From positions 1-38,499 of the forward strand of contig CAZKUJ010000003.1 of the NCBI GenBank assembly GCA_964555925.1: a stretch of 38,499 nucleotides of DNA. The letters are read 5' to 3'. A model generated the notes under the pieces. That model was not told the DNA's origin and did no database searches. It worked only from the letters and a program-made list of their open reading frames with translations. The stretch comes from Candidatus Woesearchaeota archaeon (lineage in GTDB: Archaea; Nanobdellota; Nanobdellia; Pacearchaeales; GW2011-AR1). The position numbers were made by a program, and so were the translations under genes. The first letter of the stretch is position 1, and every line of letters begins with the position of its first letter. Below are positions 25,662-34,560 of the stretch, piece by piece.

Positions 25662-26801
25662 ATGGCTAAAAAAAAGAGGATTGTTGATACTTCTTCTATA
25701 AGACAGAATACTCCCTTATTTAAATTACCCAAAACAATTCCTAATCCTGTTCTGGAAAAGAAGAAGCATAGCACAAAATATCTTTTGATAGTTTTTATTG
25801 CCCTTGCTGTTTTGACATTTATTGCCTTAAATATAGCATTATTTGACAAAAAAATAGAAGCAATTCCAACTTGTGGAGATGGAACTTTTTATAATACTTG
25901 CTCTTTAGATAAACCTTACTTTTGCGAAGAAGGAATTCTAGTGGAAAAAGCTTCTATTTGCGGATGTCCTAAATTTTTGCCAAAAAAAGAAGGAAATTTC
26001 TGTATTTCTGAATATAATAAAAATCCTATAAAAATATCATTAAATTATTTTTTAAGGGGCCAAGAGCGTGAGATTCCATTTATTACATATGAAAATATTA
26101 ATAATTATGTTTCAAATATTTCAAGAGTTGTAATTAATTACGAAGAAGAAGTGCCATTTAGATCTGATTTCAAGCAAAAAGCAATTGGTGATGAAATGCA
26201 AAGAGAATTTCTTTTACCCTTAGTTAAAAAAATCCAAAATTTCGCACCTTCTGACAAAGTTGAACAAGCAAGAATCGCAATTAGTCTAGTTCAAAATATT
26301 CCTTACGGGTCTCCTCAGAAAAAAACATCTTTTGGGGGTGTTGAGGTGGATTATTCTAAGTATCCTTACGAAGTTTTATATGATAACGAAGGAATCTGCG
26401 GAGAGAAATCTCAACTTTTAGCATTTATACTTAAAGAGTTAGGATATGGTGTTTCAATCTTTTATTTTTCAGAGGAAAATCACGAAGCAGTTGGGATACA
26501 ATGTCCCTTGGATGAGAGTTTTTATGGCAGTGGTTATTGTTTTGTTGAAACAGGCGGACCTGCTATAATCACAGATTTTTCTATGGAATTTACTTCTAGA
26601 ATAAAATTAAGAAGCCGACCCGAGATAATTTTGATTTCTGAAGGAATATCTTTACCAAGTAATATTTATGAGTATAAAGACGCAGAGACTCTAAATAATA
26701 TCCGTGAAAGAAATCTCTTGGGAATTTTTAACCTATGGAGATTTAGCAAAATAAAAGAAAAATATAATCTTTTAGAGATTTATAGTCAAAATAACAATTA
26801 G
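25662..26801 (+). CDS. Membrane-anchored transglutaminase-like (papain-fold) protein
   Basis: Signal anchor, small Cys-rich module (CGDGT...CS...PYFC...CGCP), then VQNIPY, YPYEVLYDNEGICGEKS, ENHEAVGI and FVETG. Confidence 0.8.
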   Translation: MAKKKRIVDTSSIRQNTPLFKLPKTIPNPVLEKKKHSTKYLLIVFIALAVLTFIALNIALFDKKIEAIPTCGDGTFYNTCSLDKPYFCEEGILVEKASICGCPKFLPKKEGNFCISEYNKNPIKISLNYFLRGQEREIPFITYENINNYVSNISRVVINYEEEVPFRSDFKQKAIGDEMQREFLLPLVKKIQNFAPSDKVEQARIAISLVQNIPYGSPQKKTSFGGVEVDYSKYPYEVLYDNEGICGEKSQLLAFILKELGYGVSIFYFSEENHEAVGIQCPLDESFYGSGYCFVETGGPAIITDFSMEFTSRIKLRSRPEIILISEGISLPSNIYEYKDAETLNNIRERNLLGIFNLWRFSKIKEKYNLLEIYSQNNN

Positions 26802-26803
26802 AA

Positions 26804-28585
26804 TTATTCAACTACGGCTTTTATTCTCCTAATGCCTGTAGCAACAGATTCTTCCTTTTTTATCTGGAATTTTCCAATTTCTCTGGTATTTTTTACATGA
26901 GGGCCACTGCAAATTTCTTTTGATATTTCTTTCCCTTTGTAACCAATAGAATAAACTTTTACTTTTTCCAAATATTTATTTTCAAAAACACCTTGAGCGC
27001 CTTTTTGTTTTGCTTCTTTTAAAGACATTTCTTCATAGAAAATCGGAAGATTATTTTTTATTTTGTCATTAATCCAGGCTTCAATTTTTTGTTTTTCTTC
27101 TTCTGTAAGTTTTCTGTCAAAATTAAAATCAAATCTTAATCTTTCAGACGTAATATTGCTTCCTTTCTGGCAAATTTTATTATCTTTAAGAATAATTTTT
27201 AAGGCTTCATTAAGCAAATGTGTTGCTGTATGAAGTTTTATTGTTTTCTCTTCCATATTTCCTAAACCAGATTTGAATTTCCCAATAGAAGCAGCTCTTG
27301 AAAGTTCTTGATGCTTTACAAGTTCTTTTTCAAATCCGTTTTCATCTACTTTTAATTTAAATTTTTCTGCAGTTTCTTTTGTTAATTCTAATGGGAAACC
27401 ATAGCTTTGATAAAGAAGAAATGCGGTTTTCCCATCTAAAATTTTTTCCCCGGAATTTATAATTTTTTTCAATATTTTTTCACCCTGTTCCAATTTTTTC
27501 AAAAAAATCTCTTCTTCTTTATTTAATTCTTCAATAATTCTTTCTCTGTTTTTTTTAAGATATTCATAATCTTCGTATATTTTAAAAACCGGTTTAGCTA
27601 TTTCGGAGATTTTTTCTTTAATATCCAATTCTTTTGCGTGTCTTATTGCTCTTCTAATTAATCTTCTTAAAACATATCCTTGCCGGGCATTACCTGGAAC
27701 AATTCCCTCTGCTAATATAAATATCGAAGCCTTGACATGGTCTGCAATAATCCTCATGCTTTTTTTATATGATAGATTCTTGTAACTTTTTTTAGAAATT
27801 TTTTCAATTTTTTCGATAATTGGCTTCCAAATATCTGTTAGATAATCATCATTTACCTTGTTTAACACAGCAACTATTCTTTCAATCCCTCCTCCAAAGT
27901 CAATGTTTTTTTGTTTGGCTTCTTCATAAACTCCTTTTTCATTTTTATCGTACTGCAATAAAACATTATTTCCGATTTCAACCCATCTTTTATCTGATGG
28001 ATTAAATTTTTCTGGGGCAGGAAGTTTATCAGAGTTCCAGTAAAAAATCTCTGTATCTGGACCACAAATTCCAATATCCTCTACAGGACCCCACCAATTT
28101 TCTTTTTTATCAAGAAAAGAAATTCTTTTTTCATTAATTCCTAGAGATTTCCAAATTTTTGCAGATTCAATATCTTTTGAAGCAAAAGAATCTCCTTTAA
28201 AAACAGAGGCGGCCATTTTTTCCTTGTTTAGTTTTAATTCTTCTGTCAAAAATTCAAAACTCCATCCAATTGCTTCTTTTTTCCAATAATCTCCAAGACT
28301 CCAATTTCCAAGCATCTCAAAAAAAGTGTGATGATATTCATTTCCTACTTCACCAATATCTGTTGTTCTAATACACCTCTGCACATTTACAAGTCTTTTT
28401 CCAGAGGGATGTTTTTTACCTAAAAGATATGGAATTAGAGGATGCATTCCTGCTGTTGTGAACAGAACAGAAGAATCTTCTTTTGGTAAAAGAGATGCAG
28501 AAGGGATAATTTTGTGTTTTTTAGACTCGAAAAATTTTAAATATTTTTTAATAAGCTCTTTACGACTTAGACTTCTTTTTATCAT
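26804..28585 (-). CDS. alaS: Alanyl-tRNA synthetase (short form, no C-Ala domain)
   Basis: LFTTAGMHPL, VQRCIRT, TFFEMLGNWS, GPDTEIF, GYVLRRLIRRA, editing motifs HTATH and CSGPH. Ends at GIRRIKAVVE. Confidence 0.97.
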   Translation of the reverse strand: MIKRSLSRKELIKKYLKFFESKKHKIIPSASLLPKEDSSVLFTTAGMHPLIPYLLGKKHPSGKRLVNVQRCIRTTDIGEVGNEYHHTFFEMLGNWSLGDYWKKEAIGWSFEFLTEELKLNKEKMAASVFKGDSFASKDIESAKIWKSLGINEKRISFLDKKENWWGPVEDIGICGPDTEIFYWNSDKLPAPEKFNPSDKRWVEIGNNVLLQYDKNEKGVYEEAKQKNIDFGGGIERIVAVLNKVNDDYLTDIWKPIIEKIEKISKKSYKNLSYKKSMRIIADHVKASIFILAEGIVPGNARQGYVLRRLIRRAIRHAKELDIKEKISEIAKPVFKIYEDYEYLKKNRERIIEELNKEEEIFLKKLEQGEKILKKIINSGEKILDGKTAFLLYQSYGFPLELTKETAEKFKLKVDENGFEKELVKHQELSRAASIGKFKSGLGNMEEKTIKLHTATHLLNEALKIILKDNKICQKGSNITSERLRFDFNFDRKLTEEEKQKIEAWINDKIKNNLPIFYEEMSLKEAKQKGAQGVFENKYLEKVKVYSIGYKGKEISKEICSGPHVKNTREIGKFQIKKEESVATGIRRIKAVVE

Positions 28586-28630
28586 ATCCTTTTATTAGAA
28601 TCAAAGTTTTAAAAGTTATTTGATTAGTTT

Positions 28631-29017
28631 TTATATTGCTTCTACTCTAAGTTCATCAAGCTTTTTTTCTATTTCCTTTATTTGCTCTTCTAAACCCGCA
28701 TCATAAGAAATTTTAGAAGATTTCGGTGCTTCTTTCTCTTCTTCACTCTTTTTCAATATTTCTGGCAATCTTGGTTTGGGGAGATTTCTCTGCAATTTTC
28801 CTATATTTGTCTTTATATCTTTAATTTTCTTAGCACAATCTCTTTTTAACTCTGATTCTCTTATTCGATACTCCCCATATGTTCTTACTGCCTGCGCAAG
28901 TTTCAACAACCTCATTTCAGAAGAAAGAACATTCTTTTTAGCAATTACTGCTTCTCCATAATCTAATTTTATGTGTATCGTAGTATCTTTAGACATTTTA
29001 TTTGAAAATTTATGCAA
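28631..29017 (-). CDS. Hypothetical helical/coiled-coil protein
   Basis: 128-aa ORF co-oriented with its neighbours, heptad-like segments. True start may be the second Met. Confidence 0.7.
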   Translation of the reverse strand: MHKFSNKMSKDTTIHIKLDYGEAVIAKKNVLSSEMRLLKLAQAVRTYGEYRIRESELKRDCAKKIKDIKTNIGKLQRNLPKPRLPEILKKSEEEKEAPKSSKISYDAGLEEQIKEIEKKLDELRVEAI

Positions 29018-29041
29018 AATAATGAATTTTAATTAACTCTT

Positions 29042-29614
29042 TTAGATTTTAGAAAAAATATCTCTATCAACTTTTTCTATGTGCCCTTTCATTAATCTTA
29101 TCTCGTTCTCCCATTCACGAAGTTCGAGATCTTCCTTTTCTCGGACTTTCCTCATTTCTTCAAGAGTTTTTTCAATTTCTAAAAGCTTCTTTTTTATATT
29201 GCTAAAAATTTTTAGAGATTCTTCAAATTTATCTATTCTTACGAATATTGGTTCTTCTGCGCTGGTTCCGCTCTCAAAAATTCTTCTTGCATTTTTTTCG
29301 TAAGGCTTTTTCGAAATTTCTTTTTCAAAAATTTTTAGGGGTTGGTCTCTTATTTCTCTAGTCATAACTTTTTTTATTGGACTTTTAGACATTTCATATT
29401 CCTCTTCAAATTCATCTTCACTTCCAGAAATAGCACCTTTAATAGTGTCTTGTGAAAATCTTGCACCTAAAGAATTAGAAGGAAAACTAGGTAAACCGTA
29501 TCTGATTTTTTCTTCTTTTTCTAATGAAGGAAAATCAGGCAATTTTGGCAAATCTGGCAATGAAGGAATTACCTCTTTCTTTACCTCTTTTTTATTTTTA
29601 CCAAATAATCCCAT
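29042..29614 (-). CDS. Hypothetical protein with Pro-rich N-terminus and C-terminal coiled coil
   Basis: PSLPDLPKLPDFP stretch and EPIFVRIDKFE followed by a long heptad helix. Confidence 0.75.
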   Translation of the reverse strand: MGLFGKNKKEVKKEVIPSLPDLPKLPDFPSLEKEEKIRYGLPSFPSNSLGARFSQDTIKGAISGSEDEFEEEYEMSKSPIKKVMTREIRDQPLKIFEKEISKKPYEKNARRIFESGTSAEEPIFVRIDKFEESLKIFSNIKKKLLEIEKTLEEMRKVREKEDLELREWENEIRLMKGHIEKVDRDIFSKI

Positions 29615-29783
29615 TTGTTAATTGAATATAGATTTTCTGATATATATAAAATATCCTACAGGTTTAAAAACCTTTACTCTTTATAAAGAAATAATCTAAA
29701 CTAAAAGTTATTAAATTGTCTTTTGCTGATTTTGTAGAGGAACAAACCGAAAAATATCTATTTAAACTGGCTTTAAACTTGAA

Positions 29784-30533
29784 ATGCTAAACAAATTTCT
29801 TAAAGATTCTATGGCTCTTGCTGTGGGAAAACCTGCAGAAGAAATCACAGATCTTTTGGACGCGCCGAAGTACGTTAATGAATTTATAATCGCCAAAAAA
29901 CTTAATCTGACAGTTAATCAAATAAGGAATATTTTATACAAGGCTTCAGATTATGGTTTGGTTTCTTCAATAAGAAAAAAGGATAAAAGAAAAGGGTGGT
30001 ATACTTATTTTTGGAAAATTGAAATCTTAAAATGCCTTGAATTTTTAAGAAATGAATATCTTAAAAAATTAGAGCAATTGGAGCATCAAGCAAAAAGCAG
30101 AGAAACTAAAAGGTTCTATTTTTGTGACAGATGTAATATAGAACTTAATGAAGAAAATGCACTTCTGCACAATTTTACTTGCAATGAATGCGGTTCTATC
30201 TTTGTTTTGAAAGATAATGTGAAAGCCATAAAGGAAATGAGAAAAAATTTTGAAAAATTAAAAAAAGATTTGAGTCTTATAGACGAAGAAATTAACAAAG
30301 AATTGGAGAAAACTCAGAAAAAGAGATCTCGAGAAAGAACCAAGGAAGAAAAGAAGAAAGCCATCAATAAAAAAAGAATTTCAAAACAAAAGAAATCTGC
30401 GAGCAAAAAAATTAAGATTAAAAAACAGAAAAAAACAAAACCAAAATCTAAAAAAATTTTAAGGAAAAAACTCGTCAAGAAAAAAGCCGGAAAAAAATCA
30501 AAAAATAAAAGAAAAAAGAAGAAATCTAAATGA
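29784..30533 (+). CDS. tfe: Transcription factor E alpha with long Lys-rich tail
   Basis: Winged helix (EFIIAKKLNLTVNQIRNILYK, GWYTYFW) and zinc ribbon (FYFCDRC...FTCNECG). Confidence 0.9.
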   Translation: MLNKFLKDSMALAVGKPAEEITDLLDAPKYVNEFIIAKKLNLTVNQIRNILYKASDYGLVSSIRKKDKRKGWYTYFWKIEILKCLEFLRNEYLKKLEQLEHQAKSRETKRFYFCDRCNIELNEENALLHNFTCNECGSIFVLKDNVKAIKEMRKNFEKLKKDLSLIDEEINKELEKTQKKRSRERTKEEKKKAINKKRISKQKKSASKKIKIKKQKKTKPKSKKILRKKLVKKKAGKKSKNKRKKKKSK

Positions 30534-30539
30534 TTTAGA

Positions 30540-31205
30540 ATGAAAAGACAGCATAATTTTTATCCAAAAAAAAGAAAAATTCTCGGCCGCCTTAATGTTA
30601 CAATATCTTTAATTCTAATAAATATCATAGCTTTTGTTCTTTTTTCGATTCTTCTGAGATTAGATATTCCAATAGACTCCATCGCAATAAAACCGTCAAA
30701 CATTTTGCAAGGCAAATATCTCTGGACTTTTGTTACGAGTATGTTTATGCACGGAGGAATTTTCCATATTTTTGCAAACATGTTTTCTCTGCTTTTTGTA
30801 GGAAGTCTTATTGAAAGAATACTCGGAGCAAAAAGATATTTTTTCTTTTATATGGGTTCTGGCCTTTTTGCAGGATTATTTTTTGTCCTTGCTTCATTAA
30901 TCTTCACTGTTGATTTCAATACTTTTGCAGTCGGCGCATCAGGGGCCTTGTTCGGATTGGTGGGTTTATTGGTTCTTCTAACTCCAAATCTGCCTGTTTT
31001 TATTATGTTTATTCCCATTCCAATAAAAATCAAATATGCGGGTCCTGGAATTTTAATTGTTTTATGGTTTGTGTCTATTGCAGGAGACATTCCTATAGGA
31101 AATACAGCTCATTTGGGAGGATTAATTATTGGAATACTTTATGGAATATATCTAAAAAGAAAATATCGAAGAAAAACAGAATATCTAAAAAAGGTTTTTA
31201 GTTAA
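30540..31205 (+). CDS. Rhomboid family intramembrane serine protease
   Basis: TSMFMHGGIFHIFANM, VGASGA (catalytic Ser), AHLGG (catalytic His). Confidence 0.95.
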   Translation: MKRQHNFYPKKRKILGRLNVTISLILINIIAFVLFSILLRLDIPIDSIAIKPSNILQGKYLWTFVTSMFMHGGIFHIFANMFSLLFVGSLIERILGAKRYFFFYMGSGLFAGLFFVLASLIFTVDFNTFAVGASGALFGLVGLLVLLTPNLPVFIMFIPIPIKIKYAGPGILIVLWFVSIAGDIPIGNTAHLGGLIIGILYGIYLKRKYRRKTEYLKKVFS

Positions 31206-31244
31206 TGAAAAAAGTTTTAATTCAAAATTATCAAATTAATAAAA

Positions 31245-31850
31245 ATGAAAGAAAAAAACAAAAAAAAATTCCAATTTTGTATAAAAGAAAATTATAGGAA
31301 ATGCGGGAATTATATTTCAGAATCTAGAAATTATATTCTGATTATTTTGGGTTTTTTTATTCTTTTTGTTTTAATTGGGGCATTTATTCCGGCTCCTGAA
31401 CTCATTGAACAAAAAATTTTAGAATTTATTGAGAATTTGCTTAATAAAACAGAAGGAATGTCTCATTTAGAACTGATTAATTTTATTTTTTTGAATAACA
31501 TTCAAAGCAGTTTTTTTGGAATGATATCTGGAATTTTCTTTGGTTTTTTTTCTGCAATGATCTGCGCCCTTAATGGGTATATTCTCGGATTTGTTGCTAT
31601 TAAATCTGCGCAAGTTGAAGGAATTTTTGTTCTTTGGAGACTTTTTCCACACGGAATTTTTGAGTTACCTGCCTTATTTCTTTCATTGGGCCTTGGACTT
31701 AAACTTGGAACATTTTTGTTCCAAAAAAATAAAATAATCTCTTTTAGAAATTATCTACGTGAATCTTTACGAGTTTTCCTATTTGTAATAATCCCCCTTT
31801 TAATTATTGCAGCACTTATTGAAGGCAGTTTTATATTCTTTCTTAGATAA
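31245..31850 (+). CDS. SpoIIM-like (stage II sporulation M family) membrane protein
   Basis: IFLNN, LNGYILG, PHGIFELPA and IAALIEG motifs. Confidence 0.88.
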   Translation: MKEKNKKKFQFCIKENYRKCGNYISESRNYILIILGFFILFVLIGAFIPAPELIEQKILEFIENLLNKTEGMSHLELINFIFLNNIQSSFFGMISGIFFGFFSAMICALNGYILGFVAIKSAQVEGIFVLWRLFPHGIFELPALFLSLGLGLKLGTFLFQKNKIISFRNYLRESLRVFLFVIIPLLIIAALIEGSFIFFLR

Positions 31851-31907
31851 TTCAACACTATTTGATAATTTAGCACCAATTAGAATTCGTAGATAGGATA
31901 GATTCAT

Positions 31908-32123
31908 CTAATTTCTTAGATCATTTATGCCCAATATAATAAGAAAAAGAGCCACCATAGCAACAAACCAAAAAATTCCACCCTTAAAGAAAACCCAGGC
32001 AGCATGTAAAAAATTAAAATCTTTGCCAAACAAAACCCAAGAATATGCTGAAGAGGCCCACCCTATTAAAATAACTCCTGTAAGTAGGATCAGACCAAGT
32101 ATAAGTTCAAACCATTTATCCAT
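31908..32123 (-). CDS. Small two-TM membrane protein
   Basis: MDKWFELILGLILL...LFLIILGINDLRN. ATG at 32123 preferred over the track start at 32171. Confidence 0.7.
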   Translation of the reverse strand: MDKWFELILGLILLTGVILIGWASSAYSWVLFGKDFNFLHAAWVFFKGGIFWFVAMVALFLIILGINDLRN

Positions 32124-32252
32124 GGAAACTAATAGATATTTTGATTTAAAAAGATTCTTATCTAACAGCACATATGTTTTTTGAATATGCGAATAGCTTT
32201 ATAAACAGCTTACTTTTTAGAGAAATTGAAAATATTGCAAAAGAAAAGTTAC

Positions 32253-33167
32253 ATGGAAAAGATAAAACCAATAAAAGTTACAAAAGACATGCGAGTTTCT
32301 GAAATAGTTAATGAAATGAAAGGAGCAGGTTTCGGAGCTAGAAAAATAGGGCAGGCTTCAGAAATAATGAAGAAAATGTTTTTGAATCCGAATTGCACGA
32401 TTTTTTTAGGGGTTGCTGGTGCAATGGTTCCTGCTGGAATGAAAGATATACTTATTGATATGATAAAGGAGGATAAAATTGATGTTTTTGTGACTACTGG
32501 AGCAAATCTTACACATGACTTGGCAGAAGCTTTGGGAGAGTTTCATTACTCGTGCGATATTTGGGATGATGTGGATTTTTCCAAAAAGGGCTTTGATAGA
32601 ATTCATAATGTCTTCATGAAAAATACTACTTATGAAAAAATTGAGGGGTTTTTTGAAGAAAATTGGGAAAAATTTCAGAATTGTAAAGACATAACTTCTT
32701 TTCTTGAAAAAATCGGAGAATTGTTGCCGGAAAAGGGAAACAACCTTTTAAGAACCTGTTATGAAAAAAAGATTCCTGTTTTTTGTCCAGGCATCTCAGA
32801 TTCAGGAATCGGACTTATGGTTTGGGGCAGGCTTGCGTCTGGAAAAACATTGAATATAGATGTTTTTGAGGATATGAAAAAAATTATTGATATTTCATGG
32901 AATTCAAAAAAGAAAGGGGTTATTTACATCGGGGGCGGAGTGCCTAAAAATTTTATTCAACAAAGTCTACAAGTTTCTACAGGAGCTGATTATGGGATTC
33001 AGATAACCGTAGATAGGCCAGAACCAGGAGGAAGCTCTGGAGCACCCCTTGAAGAAGGAATTTCCTGGGGAAAATTAAAATCTGATGCAAAAAAAAACCA
33101 AGATTATGTGGATGTTTTTTGTGACGCAACAATAGCTATTCCTTTGCTTTGGGCTTCTGTGAAATAA
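32253..33167 (+). CDS. dys: Deoxyhypusine synthase
   Basis: AGAMVPAG, TTGANLTHD, DRIHNV, DSGIG, IGGGVPK, GGSSGA and EGISWGK (active Lys). ATG 32253 preferred over TTG 32226. Confidence 0.93.
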   Translation: MEKIKPIKVTKDMRVSEIVNEMKGAGFGARKIGQASEIMKKMFLNPNCTIFLGVAGAMVPAGMKDILIDMIKEDKIDVFVTTGANLTHDLAEALGEFHYSCDIWDDVDFSKKGFDRIHNVFMKNTTYEKIEGFFEENWEKFQNCKDITSFLEKIGELLPEKGNNLLRTCYEKKIPVFCPGISDSGIGLMVWGRLASGKTLNIDVFEDMKKIIDISWNSKKKGVIYIGGGVPKNFIQQSLQVSTGADYGIQITVDRPEPGGSSGAPLEEGISWGKLKSDAKKNQDYVDVFCDATIAIPLLWASVK

Positions 33168-33226
33168 AATATGTCCTGAGAAAATTTAGATAAAAATTTA
33201 TATAGGGATAATATTTTTTGCTATTT

Positions 33227-34387
33227 ATGGAGGAAAAATCGATTTCTAATCTGGAAATAGCACCTTTAGAAAATATAAAAAAAGAAGTAAAAGAAGAGAT
33301 GAAAGAAGATACTAAAAAAGAAATTACCAAATCCCCCCCTAAAAAAGAGAGCTTGGAAGAAAAAAAGAACATAATAGATGTTTTGAAAATATTTTCTCCG
33401 GGAACAGCCATAAGAACAGCCTTAGATGATATTCTTCATGCAGGTATGGGTGCATTGATTGTTTTTGAAAAAGAGGGTTTGTATAGTGTTATAGATGGAG
33501 GATTTAGAATTAATTGTAAATTCAGCCCATCAAAACTTGTAGAGCTTTCAAAAATGGATGGGGCAATAGTTGTTTCTGCTGATTTAAAAAAAATTCTATA
33601 CGCTAACACTCTTTTAAGCCCAAGTGTTAAAATTGCAACAAAAGAAACAGGTACGCGACATAAGGCAGCAGAAAGAACAGCAAAGCAGTTTCAAACAATC
33701 GTAATCGCTGTGTCTGAAAGAAGAAGAAAGATTTCACTATATTTTGGAAATGAAAGCCATTATCTTGAAGAAACATCTGAAATTTTGAGAAGAGCTGCCG
33801 AGACTTTACAAATTTTAGAAAAACAAAAAGATATTTTTGATGAACTTCTTTCTCATCTTAATGTTTTGGAGATTACTAATTTAACAACTATGAGCGATGT
33901 TTGTGGGGTTTTGCAGACTGCAGAAATAATACGAAGAATATCTGAAAATGTTAAAAGATATCTAATTGAACTTGGAAAAGAAGGAATTATAGTTAGTATG
34001 AGATTAAGAGAACTGATAAAGAATCTAAATAAAGAAAGAGAAAGCATAATCAAGGATTATTTCTCTTCTGGAAGAATAAAAAAAGACGATATGTTAAAGA
34101 ATATGAATTTTGATTTTTTACTTGAAACCTCAAATATTCTTAGATTCCTTTTTGGGGAGCTTCACGATAAACCAATTTCATCTAAAGGTATGAGAATTCT
34201 TTCTAAAACCAATCTGCTTAAAAAAGATGTAAAAATTCTTTTGAACATGTTCAAAACTCCAGATAAACTATTCAATGTCGATAAAGAATCTTTAACAGCC
34301 ATATTCAAAAATGAGAATTTTGTTGATTCACTTTTTGATGAAATTAAAAATCTAAAAGAAAAAATTCTTATGGGTAAGAGAATTTAA
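33227..34387 (+). CDS. disA: DisA-type diadenylate cyclase
   Basis: SPGTAIRTALD, GALIV, GGFRINC, ELSKMDGA, ETGTRHKAAER, VSERR, then a DisA linker (RYLIELGKEG...RLREL). ATG 33227 preferred over TTG 33218. Confidence 0.92.
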   Translation: MEEKSISNLEIAPLENIKKEVKEEMKEDTKKEITKSPPKKESLEEKKNIIDVLKIFSPGTAIRTALDDILHAGMGALIVFEKEGLYSVIDGGFRINCKFSPSKLVELSKMDGAIVVSADLKKILYANTLLSPSVKIATKETGTRHKAAERTAKQFQTIVIAVSERRRKISLYFGNESHYLEETSEILRRAAETLQILEKQKDIFDELLSHLNVLEITNLTTMSDVCGVLQTAEIIRRISENVKRYLIELGKEGIIVSMRLRELIKNLNKERESIIKDYFSSGRIKKDDMLKNMNFDFLLETSNILRFLFGELHDKPISSKGMRILSKTNLLKKDVKILLNMFKTPDKLFNVDKESLTAIFKNENFVDSLFDEIKNLKEKILMGKRI

Positions 34388-34560
34388 TTCAAAATAAATT
34401 TTTAATATAATTGTTAAATTAACCGGTTTTTATTTAGATGAAATTCAGATAGATAATAATCCTCGTTATATAGATAATATAGTCAATAATTATCAATTTT
34501 CAGAAAAATTTGATTAATGTCTAATTAAAGTTTAAATACTTTATTTTGCTAATCCAAATC

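Noticed and set aside
15607-29663. CCTACAGGT next to TATA-like boxes at 15607 and 29655
   Set aside because: Only two copies of a 9-mer, and a near-identical word occurs inside a coding region at about 7342. Too weak to call a regulon.
34388-34545. c-di-AMP riboswitch or replication origin between disA and the DHH gene
   Set aside because: Very AT-rich, with no ydaO-like GC helices, no ORB-like G-strings and no cdc6 nearby.
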